64,000 bases of DNA from Heteronotia binoei (lineage: Eukaryota): NCBI RefSeq assembly GCF_032191835.1, contig NC_083226.1, forward strand, positions 24,180,001-24,244,000, in the 5' to 3' direction. Under the pieces are notes generated by a model. The model saw nothing but the letters and a program-made list of their open reading frames with translations. It made no database searches and was not told where the DNA came from. Below, piece by piece: positions 59,974 through 64,000 of the stretch. Made by a program: the position numbers and the translations under genes. Every line of letters starts with the position of its first letter. The first letter of the stretch is position 1.

Positions 59974-61960
59974 CTGAGGGCAAAAAGGAATGGGGCAGGA
60001 TAAATACAAAGCAACTGAGTTGGTATGACACCTCAAGATGTGGGGCATAATAAAAGACATCCCACCACGCTCAAAATCTCTGTCCTCATGTGCTCAATCT
60101 ACTTTGTATCAGCAGAAAGCTACTATACAACTCTGTTCTCATTGTGGTGGCCATTTCCTTACTTATTTGTTTATTGTTGATGCGCTGCTCTTCTCCCCAT
60201 AGTGGCTTAGCACATCGTTCTTCCCTCCTCTGCTTTATCTGCGCAAAAACAACCCTGTGGAGAAGATTAGGCTGAGAGGGTGTGACAGGCCAAAGACAGC
60301 CAGAGAATGTCCACAGCAGACTGGGGATTTATTGATTCATTTACGCCCCACCTTTCTCCTCATTGGGAACCCAAAGTGGCTTATGTGGTTCTCCTCACGA
60401 TTTTATCCTCACAGCCACCCTCTGAGATAGATTAGGCTGAGACAAGAGTAACAGGTCCAAGGTCACTCGGTGAGCATCCATGGCATGAGTAGGGATTTGA
60501 ACCTGGGTCTTCCAGATACTAGCCCAACACTCTTCACCAGTACACCACATTTGAACTTGGGTCTCCCAGGTCATTGGAAATCAGCTAAACAGCACCACTT
60601 AACACTGTTTCGCTTTAACGCAAACTAGATGTCACAACATCTTCATGGCTGCCGTAAGAACTCTGTCACTATTTTAAAGTGTTCTTTTGCCCTCCCCCCA
60701 AATCTTTTGAAGTGCCAAAACAGCCACCAGAGGATGTGGCCATTTTGGCAGTTGATAAAACAAAAGGGGTGGGGCTCAGCCTGTGACAACATCTTTCTGG
60801 TGGCCATGAGGATGCCTTCACATCTAGTTTGGGCCTTAGTCTGACACTCTAACCACTGAGCCATGCTTTCTCTCCTTTCCACCTTTTCAGGAATCCCTGA
60901 AGCAGACTGAGGGGAGCTGCTCCTGCTCTCTCCCATTTTGTGAGCACTCTCATACACAAACACTTCTGCAGGCATACGCACTAAAAGTTGGACCATGGTT
61001 CACCTTGCAAGACTAGCAAGCCAGCCAAGGCCTCGGGGAGGCAGCTGGATTTACAACACCCTCAACAACCTCCACTCCTGTTAAGTCTGGGGAGATAACA
61101 AATCTCAGTTCTGTCAGGCTTCCTTCAGTCCACCTCATTCCCTTCCTTCCCAGATCCCTAACGGCTGATTTATGCAGGTTGGTATAACCCCATTTCTCCT
61201 GGAGCCTGACAGCTGTCACAGCCTACTCAGGCTCCACACCCCTTTGTCCTGGAAAATGGGCCATCACATGCCACAACTGCTTGTTCAGCATTTGGGAAGC
61301 TTGTGGCAAGAAGCAAAACATTCTGCTTCTGCCCACGGTGAAGGAAAGGTAAGGGAATGAGTCAGTGGATAATAATGCACTGAGCGCATCCATGAGGGTA
61401 ACTTTCTTGTATTTCATCAACCGAAGCAGCCTTTTGGAGGAGGAGGGTGGAGAACAACGCATGCCACCCCAAGTTCCCTGGAGGAAGAGTTGTGGGGGAA
61501 AGGAAAGACTGTGATCACACGCATAACGCACTTTCAATGCACTTTTCAATTTGGAAAGGAGAACCAGTTTGGAAAGTGCATTGAAAGTGCATTATTTAGT
61601 GCATGAGATTGCAGCTGTAGCGTAACAAGAGGCTTTTCTGCATTAGTTTTTTTGGTGGTTCTGGCCCCATATTTGTTCAGTTTATTCCCTGATTTCCACT
61701 CACATTTTTGTGCCTTTAATTTTCACTTCAGTTCTTGGTCACCTCCCCCTCCCCCTTACCATTTTTTCCTGGCTCTTTTGAGACAACTTTTACCCCAGTG
61801 TTTTTCTGGAAGCCAATCTTGAGATGGGTTTTTCATAGTGCGTAATGTTTCTGTCGGTTTTCTTTTCCCTTCCAGTCCACTTTTCAATGATTGGACTCTC
61901 ATCGTCATTAAACCACTCCTTCACCCCCCAACAAGTGATTGCAATTTTTTTAAAGACCAT

Positions 61961-62197
61961 AAAATAGTGATATAACTCTGTAGTGCTGCAGTTATAGTTT
62001 AAGCAGGTTCTCTGAATTCCTAGCTTTCGTTTAAAAAAAAAAAAGTAAATATCCCCGTCTGTCACAGGGCTATACCTTCTTCCTTTTATCTCCACGAGAG
62101 AGAGAGAGACTTACTTTTTTCACTAAAATGAAAGCTAGGAATTTAGAGAACCTGCTTAAACTACTATTGCAACATTTCAGTGTCATATCACTATTTT
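61961..62197. repeat. Imperfect long inverted repeat in the HOPX intron (~88-bp arms, ~60-bp spacer)
   Basis: aaaatagtgata...gtttaagcaggttctctgaattcctagctttc pairs with gaaagctaggaatttagagaacctgcttaaac...tatcactatttt. Confidence 0.8.
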
Positions 62198-63614
62198 AGA
62201 GCCATCTGAAAAAAATACGGGAGGGTGCTCTGACACCACCAATAATGACAACAAAGATGACAGCACACTCCCTTAGAAATTCTCATTATTTAAGCCATGT
62301 GCAATAAATTAACTGACTCCACAACTGTGAGCATGCATGGGGAAGAGGAAAGATGTGCAGGACAACCATGCCCAAACCAATTCCAGCACTCCTCTATCAG
62401 CTCTCAAGAAAATCCGGAGTAAGTTGAGGGTGTGGGAAAGGTCCAGAATGAGACAGAATGGAACATAAGTATTTGAATTCTGCTTTACTTCATTAATTCT
62501 GTCAGATTAACTGCCACATTGTGTGTGTCTGCATGGTGTGCGTGTGCATGGGGGGGATATCTGTGGATATATTGCTGCCTTATTTATTCCCAATGTACCT
62601 TCAGGCACTGTGTGTCATACTTTCAAATGCAGAAAAAGAAAATGTGGAAAAACTTATAGCTGGACCTGGAAAGAAGACAAAAATGGAATGTCGCCATTTT
62701 CTTCTGGGCTGCATTCACACAGTTTAGCTGCTGAACTGCTGTTGGTTTATGCCCATCATTTGCTGCAGGATTTTGCTGTGTGGGCAACCCAATCCAAAGG
62801 CAAATGACTGCCATAGCATGACAAAAGCACAGCATCCAACAAAGGCTGAAAACAGCTTTGATAATCAGTTATTTTTTCTCTGCATTCTGAAGAAGAAACA
62901 CAGAGAACATTCTCTCTTGCTCTTTCCCCCACAAATCTGGTTAAATAAACAGTTCCATTTGTTTTTCTCTGTTTTGCAGGGTGTTTATTTTTACACTGTT
63001 TAATCTACTGTTCTGCCAGAGTTTTGAGCACAGTATGGTTGCCAACTCCAGGTTGGGAAACTCCTGGAGCCTAGAGAGGGAAGAATTTAGGGAGGGGATG
63101 TGATGCCATAGAGTTCAACTAAAAAAAGCAGCGATTTCCTCCAGGGGAACTGATCTGGAGACCAGTTGCAATCCTAGGTTGCCAACTTCCAGGTAGTGGC
63201 CGAAGATCCCCTGCTGTTACAACTGATCTCCAGGCAGCAGAGATCAGTTCACCTGGAAAAAATGGCCAATTTGGAAGGTGGATTCTGTGGCATTCTACCC
63301 CCACCGAAGCCCCTCCCCTCCTCAGGTGCCACCTCCAAAATCTCCAAATACTGACAACTCTAACACCGGGCCCTACTTGGAGCGCAGGGCTTTTTCTGTT
63401 GCAAAAACTCATTTAAATATTAGGCCACTCCCTCCTGACGAAGCCAATCCTCCAAGAGCTTACAGAGCTCTTAGTGCAGGGCCTACCTCTTGAAGGATTG
63501 GCTACATCGGGTGTGTGGTCCAATATGCAAAGGAGCTCCTGCTACAAAAAAGCCTTGGAGGTTGCAACCCTAGCCGCTGGCTCTTGGGGGTGGACAACAA
63601 TCCATGTCACTCAC

Positions 63615-63758
63615 CAAGGTCTCTTCCTCAGATAGCCCGGCCTCAGCAGCAATCAGGCAAAGAGTGGTGGGGTCGGGGTGCTTGTTGACTCGGTTGAAGT
63701 TGAACTCCAGGATCTCTCGCTGTTCCTCGGTGGGACTGGCAACCTTCTCGGAGGACAT
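63615..63758 (-). CDS. HOPX: HOPX first coding exon: MSSEKVASPTEEQREILEFNFNRVNKHPDPTTLCLIAAEAGLSEEETL
   Basis: Atypical homeodomain very close to recalled human HOPX (HPDSTTLCLIAAEAGLSEEET). Donor GTGAGT at 63614-63609; acceptor ttttcctgcag ends at 63795, so the exon starts at 63794 with 5'UTR. Confidence 0.97.
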
Positions 63759-64000
63759 TTTCTCTGTTTGTGTTGGCTTCAGGGAGCTAATGAGCTGCAG
63801 GAAAAGACAGCAGGAGATCAGAGTTAGAGCCAGGGAGAAGGAGGTCTTTGGACTGTCCTTGGTGCCAGAATGCAAATAAATGGCTTGGATCCACCTGAGT
63901 ATTTCTTTTGATGGAAGGGTTTTCGCCCACAGAGCACGACTTTCTCGTCTCCGCCCAGGCTGCATCGGGAACAGAAAGGCAACGAAAGTCATGCTCTGCG

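Noticed and set aside
60870-61190. Acceptor-like site ccttttcag at 60890 suggesting a + strand exon
   Set aside because: All three frames stop soon after and no homology is recognised; it lies antisense within the HOPX intron.
63759-63992. N-terminal extension of HOPX suggested by ORF 63570-63992
   Set aside because: A strong acceptor ends at 63795, and starting at the ATG at 63758 gives the canonical 73 aa. The extension is 5'UTR and intron read-through, and the C-terminal VSDMDCC part is intron.
1-64000. Remaining 60-180 aa ORFs in the supplied track; expected neighbours ARL9, SPINK2 and ACTL7B
   Set aside because: The ORFs overlap MITEs, SINEs or low-complexity DNA and lack domains. No exons of these neighbouring genes were recognised in the window.

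Overview
Vertebrate genomic DNA from a squamate reptile, most likely a gecko, judged from the SINE and hAT-MITE families. Three host genes are supported. (1) THEGL/SPMAP2L on +: 8 coding exons from 421 to 38907 assembled by hand with GT-AG sites and consistent phases; the 5' end lies outside the window. (2) An intact single-exon ACTL7A-like actin-related gene on + (49758-50981) with CRE-like and RFX X-box motifs just upstream. (3) HOPX on -: both coding exons (63615-63758 and 59896-59973), 73 aa. THEGL-HOPX adjacency matches human 4q12 as recalled, but the ACTL7A-like gene between them does not. Between THEGL and the ACTL7A-like gene is a decayed L1 retaining both termini (41357-47998, TSD-flanked). 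Its inter-ORF region carries an RTE insertion and a ~1.1 kb 36+54 bp higher-order repeat that looks protein-coding and reads in frame into ORF2; this is the most unusual observation. The rest is dense with hAT MITEs, tRNA- and 5S-derived SINEs, and CR1, L2, Rex1, Penelope and probable Gypsy fragments. All homology and family calls come from recalled sequences, not database searches. Repeat boundaries are approximate unless a TSD is quoted.
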